64,000 nucleotides of DNA from the NCBI GenBank assembly GCA_963741955.1, contig CAVUKB010000010.1, positions 256,001 to 320,000 of the forward strand, read 5' to 3'. A model generated the notes under the pieces. The model did no database searches. It was not told the DNA's origin and saw nothing but the letters and a program-made list of their open reading frames with translations. The position numbers and the translations under genes were made by a program. The DNA is from an uncultured Acidobacteriota bacterium. GTDB taxonomy: Bacteria; Acidobacteriota; Thermoanaerobaculia; Gp7-AA8. This document shows, piece after piece, positions 30,872 through 40,668 of the stretch (the first letter of the stretch is position 1; each line of letters begins with the position of its first letter).

Positions 30872-31080
30872 GGTGCTCCTTCCGAAGTGATCTGAAATCG
30901 GGGAGAAGAGTACCCGAGGATCGGCGATTCGCCAACCCGACGACCGTGGTCGCTGGAGGTGATCTTGCGAACGGGTCATTATGCAGACCTGACCCCCGCG
31001 TGACGGCTGCTGAAAGGGCACGGGCGGATCGAGCTGCGACGACGGCCCGATCCACGGAGATCGGCGGCTCGCGGGTCCGG

Positions 31081-31980
31081 TCAGGCGGACGACGATGCGC
31101 GGCGGTCGAGTGACTCTTCCTCCTGGATCACCGAGAGCTTCGCGGAGCGGCTCCAGAGAGAATGGATCGCGATGGCGGCGAGGAGCGCGAGGTTGGGAAA
31201 GAGAAGGGGAGCGAAGACGGGAGCGCCGTAGAGAAATCGTTCCCAGAGATTCGATCCCGGACGATGGAGATTCGCGGTGAAATGCAGAGCGAATCCGGTC
31301 ACTCCGACCAGGCTTTCGAGCAGCATGAGTACGGAGGCGGCGAGCAGCAGGCGTCGGTCGAACGGAAGAACCACGACCATCGCGAGAAACGCGATCGCGA
31401 ATGCCGCCGCTCCGACTCCGATCCATTCTGCGGGATTGAAAAAGCCGTTCTGCGCGTGGTCGGCGAGGGTGAGGACGAAGTTCCCGACGAAGCCTCCCAT
31501 CGCGAGGATGGTGACCCAGCGGAGCCACTCCAGGGAGTCCGAATCGACCATCCGGTCGAGGATCAGCAGCAGCCCCAGCCCGGCATACGCGAGAGGAGCG
31601 ACGAACGGCGCGGTGTAGACCAGACTCCGAATGCTCTGCTCTTCGAAGAAGTGGCTCTGCAGATGGAGAAGCATTCCTCCGATGCCGACCGCAAGTGCGG
31701 CGTACCCCACCATCATTCCGATCCCGCGTCCGACGAGCTGGCGCCGGGAACTGGCCGGTTCGACGATCGGATAGCCGCTGCGGGGCGCGAATCCTCCCGT
31801 TGCGAGGGCGGCGAGGAGGAGCAGAGGGGCAAGGGCGGAGTAGACCACCGGGATCCATTCCGGCGACAGCTCGAACGCATTGATCGAGTGCGCGATGTAG
31901 ACGTCGATCGCGAGAAATCCGAGATTTGCGACGACGAACAGCTCGACCAGCGTCCAGGCGGGAGGAAGTTTAACCCGCAT
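31081..31980 (-). CDS. Multi-pass membrane protein with internal duplication and conserved His (cytochrome b-like candidate)
   Basis: Two similar halves (H..N.F..EWI / LH..APxxAPL); ATG lies inside the MITE end. Confidence 0.75.
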   Translation of the reverse strand: MRVKLPPAWTLVELFVVANLGFLAIDVYIAHSINAFELSPEWIPVVYSALAPLLLLAALATGGFAPRSGYPIVEPASSRRQLVGRGIGMMVGYAALAVGIGGMLLHLQSHFFEEQSIRSLVYTAPFVAPLAYAGLGLLLILDRMVDSDSLEWLRWVTILAMGGFVGNFVLTLADHAQNGFFNPAEWIGVGAAAFAIAFLAMVVVLPFDRRLLLAASVLMLLESLVGVTGFALHFTANLHRPGSNLWERFLYGAPVFAPLLFPNLALLAAIAIHSLWSRSAKLSVIQEEESLDRRASSSA

Positions 31981-32150
31981 TTCTCACCCCACCTCTGCTG
32001 CGGAGACGGATAGCGGCCTGTCTGCAGCGTTGCGCCCGGCTCCGGCTCCTCGACATAGTCCCCACTATGCCTTCGTTGCCGAAGCGGGGCGCGCCTTGCA
32101 TCCAGGCCACTCTTCGCCTCCTCGCGACGAGAAGGCGTGAGAAATGCGGG
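31974..32150. mobile_element. 177-bp MITE, copy 3
   Basis: Same TIRs and length, more diverged; flanks TTAA/TCAA. Confidence 0.85.
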
Positions 32151-33407
32151 TCAATCCGCATGCGCCTCCGTCACGCGGTGGTTGTTCTTCTCGAGCTCGG
32201 CAGCCATGCTCTGGAGCTCCTGCAGCTTCCTGACCAGTTCGTAGTTGCCGTGCCACTGCACGAAGTCGGCACCTCCCATGAACGCGCCGTGTTTCGCCGT
32301 CCGTCCGTCGTAGTGCCACATGTCGAAGTAGAGGTACTCGATCGGTTCGTCGAACGAAGCCTTGGTCAGGAGGCCTTTGGCGTAGAGGCGGTCCATGATC
32401 GCGGTCGCTGCTTTGATGCGATCGTTGGTCGAGGCGACGACGGTCTCCGCGTCCTTGTAGAACTGGTCGATCCGCGGCTTGGTGTGGCACTTGAGACAGA
32501 CTTCCTTCATGTTGACCTGACCCTGTTGCCAGGTCGGGCGTTTGTCGGAGACGGCTGCGAAGAGGAAGTACGAGAGCCGCTGGGTGACGTCATGGGTCAT
32601 GCCGATCCCTTCGATCCCCGAGATGTGACAGGTGGCGCAGGTGGGAACCGGCATGTCGGCGGTGGTGAGCTTCGCCGCCGGAACGTCGAGCCGCATCCTC
32701 TTGCGCTGGGCGTTGAAGAGGACGCCGTGCTTCGACTCGTGGTAGATCTCGATCTGAGAGTGGTCGGGTCCCATGTGGCACTGCCCGCACGTCTCGGGCA
32801 GCCGCGCCAGTTCGATGGACGACGAGTGGCGGGCATGGCAGGCGGTACACGTGCCGATCGATCCGTCGGAGTTCGGTTTGCCGATCGCGTGGCACTTCTG
32901 GCAGCCGTTCGTTCGTGCGATCGGCCCCTCCAGCATGCCCACCGCATTCCCGGCGCGGTTCACCGCGCCCGGATGGAACTGCTCGGAGAACGAGATCTCC
33001 TCCGGAGTGAAATCCTTCGGGCCCTCGACGGCGGCCCATGCCGGCGCGGCGTGCCGGCTCCGAAGAAACTGCCGGTACTGCTCGGAGTGGCATTGGGCGC
33101 AGTTCTGCGCGGTGAGGTTCTTCGCGATGGTGAATCCCTTGTGATCCATCGTCTCCTGGCCGGGGGTTCCCTTGTGGCAGTCGAGACAGTTCACGCCGCG
33201 CGCCGCGTGCCGGCTCATCTCGTATTCATGGACGGCGGCGGGAGTCTCCCGAGCGTGGCATTCCGCGCATTTTCCGCTCGCCCTCACCAGGGCAGCGTTC
33301 GGTTGCTGCACCTCGACACCAGGGCGGCGGCTGTTGAATACGAACGCCGCCACGAGAATTGCGGTGCCGATGAAGACGGCGATGAAGACGGCACGGAAAG
33401 ACCGCAT
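32151..33407 (-). CDS. Octaheme cytochrome c (hydroxylamine oxidoreductase-like family)
   Basis: 8 CxxCH motifs; CGQCHMGPDHSQIEIYHESKHG, PTCATCH; N-terminal TM anchor. Confidence 0.88.
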   Translation of the reverse strand: MRSFRAVFIAVFIGTAILVAAFVFNSRRPGVEVQQPNAALVRASGKCAECHARETPAAVHEYEMSRHAARGVNCLDCHKGTPGQETMDHKGFTIAKNLTAQNCAQCHSEQYRQFLRSRHAAPAWAAVEGPKDFTPEEISFSEQFHPGAVNRAGNAVGMLEGPIARTNGCQKCHAIGKPNSDGSIGTCTACHARHSSSIELARLPETCGQCHMGPDHSQIEIYHESKHGVLFNAQRKRMRLDVPAAKLTTADMPVPTCATCHISGIEGIGMTHDVTQRLSYFLFAAVSDKRPTWQQGQVNMKEVCLKCHTKPRIDQFYKDAETVVASTNDRIKAATAIMDRLYAKGLLTKASFDEPIEYLYFDMWHYDGRTAKHGAFMGGADFVQWHGNYELVRKLQELQSMAAELEKNNHRVTEAHAD

Positions 33408-33521
33408 GAGCTCCCCTCCCACTCGAGAATCGAGAGGAATCTATCACGGCTCGGCAGCGATCGCCGAGCGGCGGAACGGCCTTCATTTTGCACAATCCCA
33501 TGTGCATGAAAGGAGGCGTTC

Positions 33522-33677
33522 ATGCCGAAATCATGGAGCAATAAAGACGAGCGTCAGTACGAGCACGTGAAGGAAAGCGAGAAGAGAGAAGGACGCTCGA
33601 AGGAGCGGGCGAAAGAGATCGCCGCCCGCACGGTGAACAAGCAGCGGTCGAAAGAAGGACGAACCAAGAAGAGCTGA
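33522..33677 (+). CDS. Small basic protein (ERQYEHVK..AKEIAARTVNK family)
   Basis: 51 aa MPKSWSNKDERQYEHVKESEKREGRSKERAKEIAARTVNKQRSKEGRTKKS; AAGGAGG RBS; below ORF-track cutoff. Confidence 0.8.
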   Translation: MPKSWSNKDERQYEHVKESEKREGRSKERAKEIAARTVNKQRSKEGRTKKS

Positions 33678-33791
33678 CCGCGGTGTGAAGTTGTGGGTTG
33701 CGAGTTGCCAGTTGCAGGCTCTGGTCCGGGTTCTCTGCCCGAGCGCGATTGATATCGAATATTTATCTTCGAAAGGAACCCGCAACCCACG

Positions 33792-35267
33792 TCACTCGAT
33801 CCATCCGCGCGCCCTCTCCACGGCGCGGTGCCACGTCTGCAGTTTCTCCTCCCGGGTCGCCGCGTCCATCGAGGGCTCGAATATCCGATCCGCCTTCCAC
33901 TGGCGGTCGATCTCCTGATCCGAGCTCCAGAAGCCGGTCGCGAGTCCGGCGAGGTAGGCGGCGCCGAGCGCGGTCGTCTCCGCCACGCGCGTGCGGACGA
34001 CCGGAATCCCGGCGAGGTCCGCCTGCATCTGCATCAGAAGATCGTTCGTCGAGGCGCCGCCGTCCACCCGGAGCTCGGCGAGCGTGATCCCCGAATCGCG
34101 TTGCATGGCCTCGAGGACGTCCGCGCTCTGCAGGGCGATCGATTCGAGCGTCGCCCGGGCGATGTGAGCGGCGGTCGACCCGCGCGTGAGCCCGAGGATC
34201 GTGCCGCGCGCGTGCGGATCCCAGTAGGGAGTCCCGAGGCCGGTGAAGGCCGGAACGAAGACCACTCCTCCACTGTCCGCGACGGTTGCCGCGAGCGGCT
34301 CGACGTCCGACGCGGTCCGGATGATCCCCAGCTCGTCGCGAAGCCATTGCACCGCGGCGCCGGTGATGAAGATGCTTCCTTCGAGTGCATACTCGAGTGA
34401 CCTCCCGTCGACTGCGGCGACGGTCGAGAGCAGCCCCTGACCGGAGCTGACCACTTCGGATCCCGTGTGCATCACCACGAACGAGCCGGTCCCGTACGTG
34501 TTCTTGGCCATCCCGGGGCGGGTGCAGCGCTGGCCGAAGAGAGCGGCCTGCTGATCGCCGGCGATTCCCGCGATCGGGATTCCTTCCGGAATCGGAAGGC
34601 CGGCCGCGGTCTCGCCGTACACCTCGCTCGATGAGCGGACTCCCGGAAGGAGGGCGCGCGGAACACCGAGGAGCGAGAGGAGCTCGTCGTCCCACTGACC
34701 GCGCCGGATGTCGAACATCAGCGTGCGCGATGCGTTCGTCGCATCCGTCACGTGGACTCCGCCGGTGAGCTTCCAGATCAGCCAGCTGTCGACCGTTCCG
34801 AATGCGAGCTCGCCGTGTGCCGCGCGCTCTCGCGCTCCCACGGTATGGTCGAGCAGCCACCTCAGTTTCGTTCCCGAGAAGTACGCGTCGAAGAGGAGGC
34901 CGGTCTTCTGACGGAAGAGCGGCTCGTGTCCCGCGGCCCGCAGCTCTTCGCACATCGGCGCGGTTCGCCGGTCCTGCCAGACGATCGCGTTCGCCACCGG
35001 ACGTCCGGTGGCTCGGTCCCACAACAGAGTCGTCTCGCGCTGATTGGTGATACCGATCGCGGTGATGTGCGGGTGACCGCCCTTTTCGAGAACCTCCGCC
35101 GCGACTTCGATCTGGCTCGACCAGATTTCTTCCGGATCATGCTCCACCCATCCGGGCCGGGAAAAGATCTGACGGAACTCGCGCCGGGCCACGTGCGCGA
35201 CGTTCCCTTCCGCGTCGAACACGATCGCGCGGCTGCTGGTGGTTCCCTGATCGAGTGCGAGAATCAT
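33792..35267 (-). CDS. glpK: Glycerol kinase
   Basis: [50 protein letters not shown]. Confidence 0.96.
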   Translation of the reverse strand: MILALDQGTTSSRAIVFDAEGNVAHVARREFRQIFSRPGWVEHDPEEIWSSQIEVAAEVLEKGGHPHITAIGITNQRETTLLWDRATGRPVANAIVWQDRRTAPMCEELRAAGHEPLFRQKTGLLFDAYFSGTKLRWLLDHTVGARERAAHGELAFGTVDSWLIWKLTGGVHVTDATNASRTLMFDIRRGQWDDELLSLLGVPRALLPGVRSSSEVYGETAAGLPIPEGIPIAGIAGDQQAALFGQRCTRPGMAKNTYGTGSFVVMHTGSEVVSSGQGLLSTVAAVDGRSLEYALEGSIFITGAAVQWLRDELGIIRTASDVEPLAATVADSGGVVFVPAFTGLGTPYWDPHARGTILGLTRGSTAAHIARATLESIALQSADVLEAMQRDSGITLAELRVDGGASTNDLLMQMQADLAGIPVVRTRVAETTALGAAYLAGLATGFWSSDQEIDRQWKADRIFEPSMDAATREEKLQTWHRAVERARGWIE

Positions 35268-35355
35268 TGCGAGTTGCGAGTTGCGAGTATTTTATTGTGG
35301 TCGCCCGTTGAACCGGCAACCGGCCACGCGCAACTCCTGGCCCGGGCATGAATAC

Positions 35356-35943
35356 TCAGCGTCCCGCGATCACGTCCAGCTCCTCGACCAGCTCCCGAAG
35401 TTGCGAGAGGCGGAACTCTTCCGGATCCTGAATCAGGCGGTCGAGCGGTTCCGGAGCGAATCCGAACGCTCGGAGCTGTGCGCGCAGTTTGACCGCTTCG
35501 ATCCGCAGGCTCCTCGGCTCGTGCGGCAGCGGCTCGGGAGGAGCCTCGGGGGGGCGGTACGGCTCCCTCTCGATCGCGCGAGCCCGTTCTTCGGCTTTTT
35601 CTCGAAGTGCCGCAATCCGCGCCTGCAGGTACGTCGGGAGAGCGGTCTCTCTTCCGAGCTCTTCGACTGCGCCGGTGATGGTCGCCATCGGATCCTCGAA
35701 AACCTCGGCGTCCTCGGGCGGCAGCTCGTCCACCGCGGCTCGAAGGTCACCGAGAGCGAACTCGACGTCGCTCAGTGTGCGGCGCGAAAGATCGCCGGCC
35801 ATCGCCTGCACCGCATTCCGGAGCACGTTCACCGCAACCCGGATCTGCATGGCGAACGCGTCCGCGACGGCGGCGGCGGCCGCGGCGAGCCGGTCGGTCG
35901 CCTCATTGAGTCTGCTCGTGGTTCCCGCATCGAGCGATGTCAT
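35356..35943 (-). CDS. Hypothetical helical protein
   Basis: GGAGG RBS; 195 aa; host-like codon pattern. Confidence 0.65.
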   Translation of the reverse strand: MTSLDAGTTSRLNEATDRLAAAAAAVADAFAMQIRVAVNVLRNAVQAMAGDLSRRTLSDVEFALGDLRAAVDELPPEDAEVFEDPMATITGAVEELGRETALPTYLQARIAALREKAEERARAIEREPYRPPEAPPEPLPHEPRSLRIEAVKLRAQLRAFGFAPEPLDRLIQDPEEFRLSQLRELVEELDVIAGR

Positions 35944-35954
35944 GAAGAAGCCTC

Positions 35955-36552
35955 CAAAAGCATCGATGATCGAGTATCGAGGATCGAGGATCTGAAAAAC
36001 ATCTCAGATCGATGATCGAGTATCGAGGATCGAGGATCTGAAAAACATCTCAGATCGAATATCGAGTATCGAGGATCGAGGATCTGAAAAACATCTCAGA
36101 TCGAATATCGAGTATCGAGGATCGAGGATCTGAAAAACATCTCAGATCGAGTATCGAATATCGAGTATCGAGTATCCAGGACCGCGTTTCCAGGATCGAG
36201 TGAAGTTAGCTTGTATTTTTCTGCGCTCCGGAAAGTTCTGTCTGCGGATCACTTTGGAGAATAATATTCTTCTAAATGACACATATCCAGAATAATATTC
36301 TCCAAATACCGCCATTTAACAACGATCCTGCGTAGCCTCGGTGATCCACGATGTCTTTCAGATCCTCGATCCTCGATCCGCGATCCACGATGCCTTTCAG
36401 ATCCTCGATCCGCGATCCACGATGCCTTTCAGATCCTCAATCCACGATCCACGATCCACGATGTCTTTCAGATCCTCGATCCACGATCCACGATCCACGA
36501 TGCCTTTCAGATCCACGATCCTCGATCCACGATGTCTTTCAGATCCGCGATG
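35955..36552. repeat. Inverted pair of REP/heptamer arrays around an AT-rich core
   Basis: Left: four ~46-bp units GATCGAGTATCGAGGATCGAGGATCTGAAAAACATCTCA; right: GATGYCTTTCAGATC(CWCGATC)n units in opposite orientation. Confidence 0.88.
36258..36301. promoter_or_regulatory. Two palindromic AGAATAATATTCT sites 31 bp apart (putative operator pair)
   Basis: Exact 13-bp repeats at 36258-36270 and 36289-36301. Confidence 0.5.
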
Positions 36553-36557
36553 CTGTT

Positions 36558-36992
36558 TCATCTCGTCGCGATGACGCGGGGCTCGACCAGGCGCTCGAAA
36601 TCGCGCCAGGCGATCCGGATCCATTGGGAGCGGTCGCCGGGGTGGAAGACGATCTCTTCCTGGCCGGCCACCGCCGGGTCGGCATACACCTCGACGCCCG
36701 CGAAGTTCCCGAAGGGAGGAATCGCGTCCGGATCGCAGCCGGGGAAAATCACGCGACACTCCGACTCGTCGGCGATGCGTACCCGCATCGTGCCGACGAT
36801 GAAGCGGAGATCCTCGAGCGAGAACGGTCGCGAGGCAGGAACGACCACCATCCCCGGACGGCCATCGATCTCGACCACCACGGTGCGCAGCGCGTTCCGG
36901 ACGCTCTCACCCGAACGGAGAGAGGATGTCCGGCTGACGGCGTAGCCGACGTTGTGCCGATCGAGGTACGCGGTGATCTTCTCCAGAAACAT
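36558..36992 (-). CDS. YbaK/EbsC (aminoacyl-tRNA deacylase-like) protein
   Basis: MVVVPAS, FPGCDPDAIPPFGN, VYAD; GGAGGAG RBS. Confidence 0.8.
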   Translation of the reverse strand: MFLEKITAYLDRHNVGYAVSRTSSLRSGESVRNALRTVVVEIDGRPGMVVVPASRPFSLEDLRFIVGTMRVRIADESECRVIFPGCDPDAIPPFGNFAGVEVYADPAVAGQEEIVFHPGDRSQWIRIAWRDFERLVEPRVIATR

Positions 36993-37255
36993 CTCTCCTC
37001 CCGTTTGCGCGCTTCCCGCAAAGTTAAGTCCGCCACGAATCGGCGGCAGCGTCAGCGGTCACGAGCGAGAAGGTCGGAAAGGGGCCAGAGCCCGAGCCCC
37101 GAGCCCCGAACCTCGAGCCTCGAGCCCCGCGCCTCTCCCCAGTCACGCTCCTCTGTGATGCGTGACATGGCCCCGGCCCGAGCACGATGAACATAATCGG
37201 ATCGCGCCCCTTCCGAACCTCTCCCGTCGCGGTCCGGGCGCGAATGGAGTCCGCA

Positions 37256-39472
37256 ATGATGGAAATGACCCTCTACGGACGCGGCGGACAGGGAGGCGTG
37301 ACCCTCGCGAAACTGATCGCGACGGCCTACTTCCTCCGCGGCAAGTACTCTCAGGCCTTCGGAGTCTATGCGGCCGAGCGCTCCGGCGCGCCGATTCAGG
37401 CTTATGTCCGGATCGACGACACGGAGATCACGAATCACAACCAGATCCGCGAGCCCGATCACGTGATCGTGCTCGACCCCACGCTGATCGCTCCCGGCAT
37501 CCTCGCCGGACTCGATCCGGAGGGGTGGATCATCCTGAATACACCGCGCTCACCTGCGGCCTGGGAGAGTCTCTTCCCCGGACGGCGGGTCGCGACCATC
37601 GACGCAACCGGGATCGCAGTGGAAAAAGGTCTCGGAACGCGGGCGGTTCCGATCGTCAACACGACGATGATGGGCGCCATCGCGAAGATCTTCGGAGTCA
37701 CTCTCGAAGAAGTCCGCGCGACGTTCGGCGAGCTGAAGTTCGGCGGAGCGAATCTCGACGCCGCCGAGGCCGCGTGGAACGAGGTGTCGATGCTGCAGCT
37801 TCCCGGTACGGCGGAGAAGACGACCCCTGTGCCGGTCGCCTCGCGGGTCGCGAGCATTCTCGACGAAGACGTCGGCGGACCACCGCGGATCCGGACCGGC
37901 TCGTGGGCGACGCGGCGTCCCGACCGTCGAACTCTCACCCCTCCCTGCAATCACAGTTGTCCCGCGGGAAACGACGTGCAGAGCTTCATCGAATCGGCGG
38001 CGCACGGAGAGTTCGACGAAGCACTTCGGACGCTCCTCGAGACGAATCCACTCCCCGGAGTCTGCGGCAGAGTCTGTCCGGCTCCGTGCATGGCGGGCTG
38101 CAACCGCATCGCGTGGGACGAGGGGATCAACGTCCGTGGGCTGGAGCGCTATGCAGCGGATCACGGCTCGTGGCCCGACACCACCTCGCCCTGGCGGCGC
38201 GAGCGCGTCGCGGTGGTCGGTTCTGGTCCGGCCGGCCTGAGTGCCGGATATCAGCTCGCCCGGCTCGGCTACCACGTCACACTCTTCGAAGCGGCGAGTG
38301 AGCTCGGAGGAGTTCTCCGCAACGGAATCCCGGACTATCGGCTCCCGAAAGAGGTCATCGATCGGGAGATCGGATTCATTCTGATGCACGGGCTGACCGT
38401 CTACACCGATTCGTTCATCGACCGGAGCGAGCTCCTTCGCCTGACCCGGCAGTACGCGGCCGTCTTCGTTGCAACGGGACTGCAGAGCGCACGTTCTCTC
38501 GACCTCGGAGCACCCGGAGTCGTGGCGCAGGGGATCGATTTTCTCGACCAGGTGCACCGCGGCGAGATCTCGTTGAAAGGTGAGCGAGTGATCGTGGTGG
38601 GCGGGGGGAACACCGCCATCGACGCGGCGCGCTCCTCACGACGACTCGGTGCATCCGAGGTCACCATCCTCTACCGGCGGAGCCGGGCCGAGATGCCTGC
38701 GATCGAAGAGGAGATCGACGCCGCGCTGGAGGAGGGGATCGAGCTCCGCGAGCTCGCGCTTCCTCTGGTGGTCAACCGCGAGCCGGACGGAGAGCATCTG
38801 ATGACCTGCGTCCAAATGAAGCTCGCCGAGCCGGACGAGAGCGGGCGGCGCCGTCCCGTGGTGGACGATCGTCCCGATGCACAGTTCATCATTCCCTGCG
38901 ATCGGGTCATCCTCGCCCTCGGGCAGTCGGCCGACCTCTCCATCATCGGAGAGGGAGGGGAGATCCGCGAGAACGGAGCGCTTCTCGGGCTCGCCGAAGC
39001 TCCGGTCTTCGTGGGTGGGGATTTCGGGACGAACGAAGGAACGGTCACCGCGGCGATCGGAAACGGCCGCCGCGCCGCGTGGCACATCCACCGGGCGCTC
39101 ACGGGCGAAGATCTCTTCCCGAAGGTCGAGCCACCGCGGGTGGCCGGCGGCGAGGATCTCCACGTGCAGCTCTTCCCGCACGCGGGACGCGAGAACGGTG
39201 CGGTGCTCGATCCCGAAGTCCGGCAGCGTGGCTTCATGGAAGTGCACGCGGGGCTCGACGATGCGATCGGAGCGGCGATGAGCGAAGCGCAGCGCTGCTT
39301 CAGCTGCGGCGTCTGCAACGACTGCGATCGCTGCATCACCTACTGTCCGGAAGGGATACTCGCCAGGAACGGTGACGGCGAATATCTCTTCAACTACGAC
39401 TACTGCAAAGGATGCGGAATCTGCGCCTCGGAATGTCCGCGCGGTGTCGTGTTCATGTCGGAGCTCGCCTGA
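37256..39472 (+). CDS. Fusion: 2-oxoacid:acceptor oxidoreductase gamma subunit + GltD-like FAD/NAD(P) Fe-S oxidoreductase + 2x[4Fe-4S] ferredoxin
   Basis: GRGGQGGVT, AERSGAP (gamma); PCNHSCP, CGRVCPAPC, GSGPAGL, GGGNTAID, YRR (GltD); CNDCDRC, CKGCGICASECP (ferredoxin). Confidence 0.9.
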   Translation: MMEMTLYGRGGQGGVTLAKLIATAYFLRGKYSQAFGVYAAERSGAPIQAYVRIDDTEITNHNQIREPDHVIVLDPTLIAPGILAGLDPEGWIILNTPRSPAAWESLFPGRRVATIDATGIAVEKGLGTRAVPIVNTTMMGAIAKIFGVTLEEVRATFGELKFGGANLDAAEAAWNEVSMLQLPGTAEKTTPVPVASRVASILDEDVGGPPRIRTGSWATRRPDRRTLTPPCNHSCPAGNDVQSFIESAAHGEFDEALRTLLETNPLPGVCGRVCPAPCMAGCNRIAWDEGINVRGLERYAADHGSWPDTTSPWRRERVAVVGSGPAGLSAGYQLARLGYHVTLFEAASELGGVLRNGIPDYRLPKEVIDREIGFILMHGLTVYTDSFIDRSELLRLTRQYAAVFVATGLQSARSLDLGAPGVVAQGIDFLDQVHRGEISLKGERVIVVGGGNTAIDAARSSRRLGASEVTILYRRSRAEMPAIEEEIDAALEEGIELRELALPLVVNREPDGEHLMTCVQMKLAEPDESGRRRPVVDDRPDAQFIIPCDRVILALGQSADLSIIGEGGEIRENGALLGLAEAPVFVGGDFGTNEGTVTAAIGNGRRAAWHIHRALTGEDLFPKVEPPRVAGGEDLHVQLFPHAGRENGAVLDPEVRQRGFMEVHAGLDDAIGAAMSEAQRCFSCGVCNDCDRCITYCPEGILARNGDGEYLFNYDYCKGCGICASECPRGVVFMSELA

Positions 39473-39495
39473 GGCCAGCCGACGGAGGAAAACGA

Positions 39496-40668
39496 ATGGC
39501 ACGCACACTTTGTACCGGGAACTACGCGGCGGGGCATGCCCTCGCCGTGGCGGGCGAGGCGAACCGTCTCGCGCGCGGCTGCGCCGGAGGCGCTTACCCC
39601 ATCACTCCGCAGACCGAGATCATCGAATATCTTCGAGCGTTTCCTTTCAGCAAGGGACGGGTGGTACCGGTGGAGTCGGAGCACAGCGCGATGGGCGTCT
39701 GCATCGGTGCCTCTCTCGCCGGGGCCAGGTCTTTCACCGCGAGCTCGTCGAACGGGCTCGCGTACATGACCGAGAACGTCTTCGCCGCGGGCTACTACCG
39801 TCTGCCGATCGTCCTCATCGCGGTGAACCGGACCCTCGGGCCGCCCTGGAACATCTGGGTGGACCAGGGAGACAGTCTCGCGCTGCGGGATGCGGCGTGG
39901 CTGCAGTTCTACACCGAGTCGCATCAGGACCTCGCGGATACCGTCCTGCTGGCGTTCCGGGTGGCGGAGGATTCGAAAATCCTTCTGCCGGCGATCGTCG
40001 CGCTGGACGGGTTCGTCACCTCGCACACCCAGATGGTGGTCGATCTCCCGGAACAGGGGCTGGTCGACGGCTATCTCCCGGCGTGCTCCGTGCCGCACGG
40101 GCTGCGGCATGACCGCCCCTCCACGGTCGGAGGGTTGACCTGGCCGCGCGAGACCGAGCACCACCGCCGGGAGATTCAGGAGGCGATGGAACGAGTGCCC
40201 GAGGTACTGGACCGTGCGATCGACGAATTCGAGATCGTCTTCGGTCGGCGTCCGGACGGGGCGGTGACCAGCGAATGGACCGAGGATGCCGAGACGGTTC
40301 TCATCGCGACGAACACCATGGCGTCCACTCTCCGGGACGTGGTGCGCGAGCGCCGGAGCCGAGGTGAGAAGGTCGGGATGATCAAACTGAAGATGTTCCG
40401 GCCATTCCCGCGCGCCGAGATCCTTCGCGCAATCGGTCCGGCGAAGAGAGTGGGAGTGCTCGATCGCAATCACTCCCCGGGATCGGGAGGGATTTTCTGG
40501 AACGAAGTCGCCACGTCGCTGCGACAGCGGCCGGACGTCCTGGTTCAGGACTATCTGGTCGGGCTCGGCGGTGGAGACGTGACCCCTGAAGTGATCGGCG
40601 GAATCATCGACGATCTCAGCGGCCGGACCGAATCGGCCGATCCGCTCTGGAAGGAGGTGGCGGTATGA
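39496..40668 (+). CDS. porA: Pyruvate/2-oxoacid:ferredoxin oxidoreductase alpha subunit
   Basis: AYPITPQT, VESEHSAM, VNRTLGPPWNI, FRPFP, GLGGGD. Confidence 0.88.
   Translation: MARTLCTGNYAAGHALAVAGEANRLARGCAGGAYPITPQTEIIEYLRAFPFSKGRVVPVESEHSAMGVCIGASLAGARSFTASSSNGLAYMTENVFAAGYYRLPIVLIAVNRTLGPPWNIWVDQGDSLALRDAAWLQFYTESHQDLADTVLLAFRVAEDSKILLPAIVALDGFVTSHTQMVVDLPEQGLVDGYLPACSVPHGLRHDRPSTVGGLTWPRETEHHRREIQEAMERVPEVLDRAIDEFEIVFGRRPDGAVTSEWTEDAETVLIATNTMASTLRDVVRERRSRGEKVGMIKLKMFRPFPRAEILRAIGPAKRVGVLDRNHSPGSGGIFWNEVATSLRQRPDVLVQDYLVGLGGGDVTPEVIGGIIDDLSGRTESADPLWKEVAV

Noticed and set aside
29234-31858. 874-aa N-terminally extended transporter
   Set aside because: The extension overlaps another gene in a different frame; a good RBS and start exist at 30871
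35955-36552. Possible CRISPR array or repeat-protein ORFs (36341..36574, 36397..36759)
   Set aside because: Heptamer-built tandem units without spacers; the ORFs are translations of the repeats
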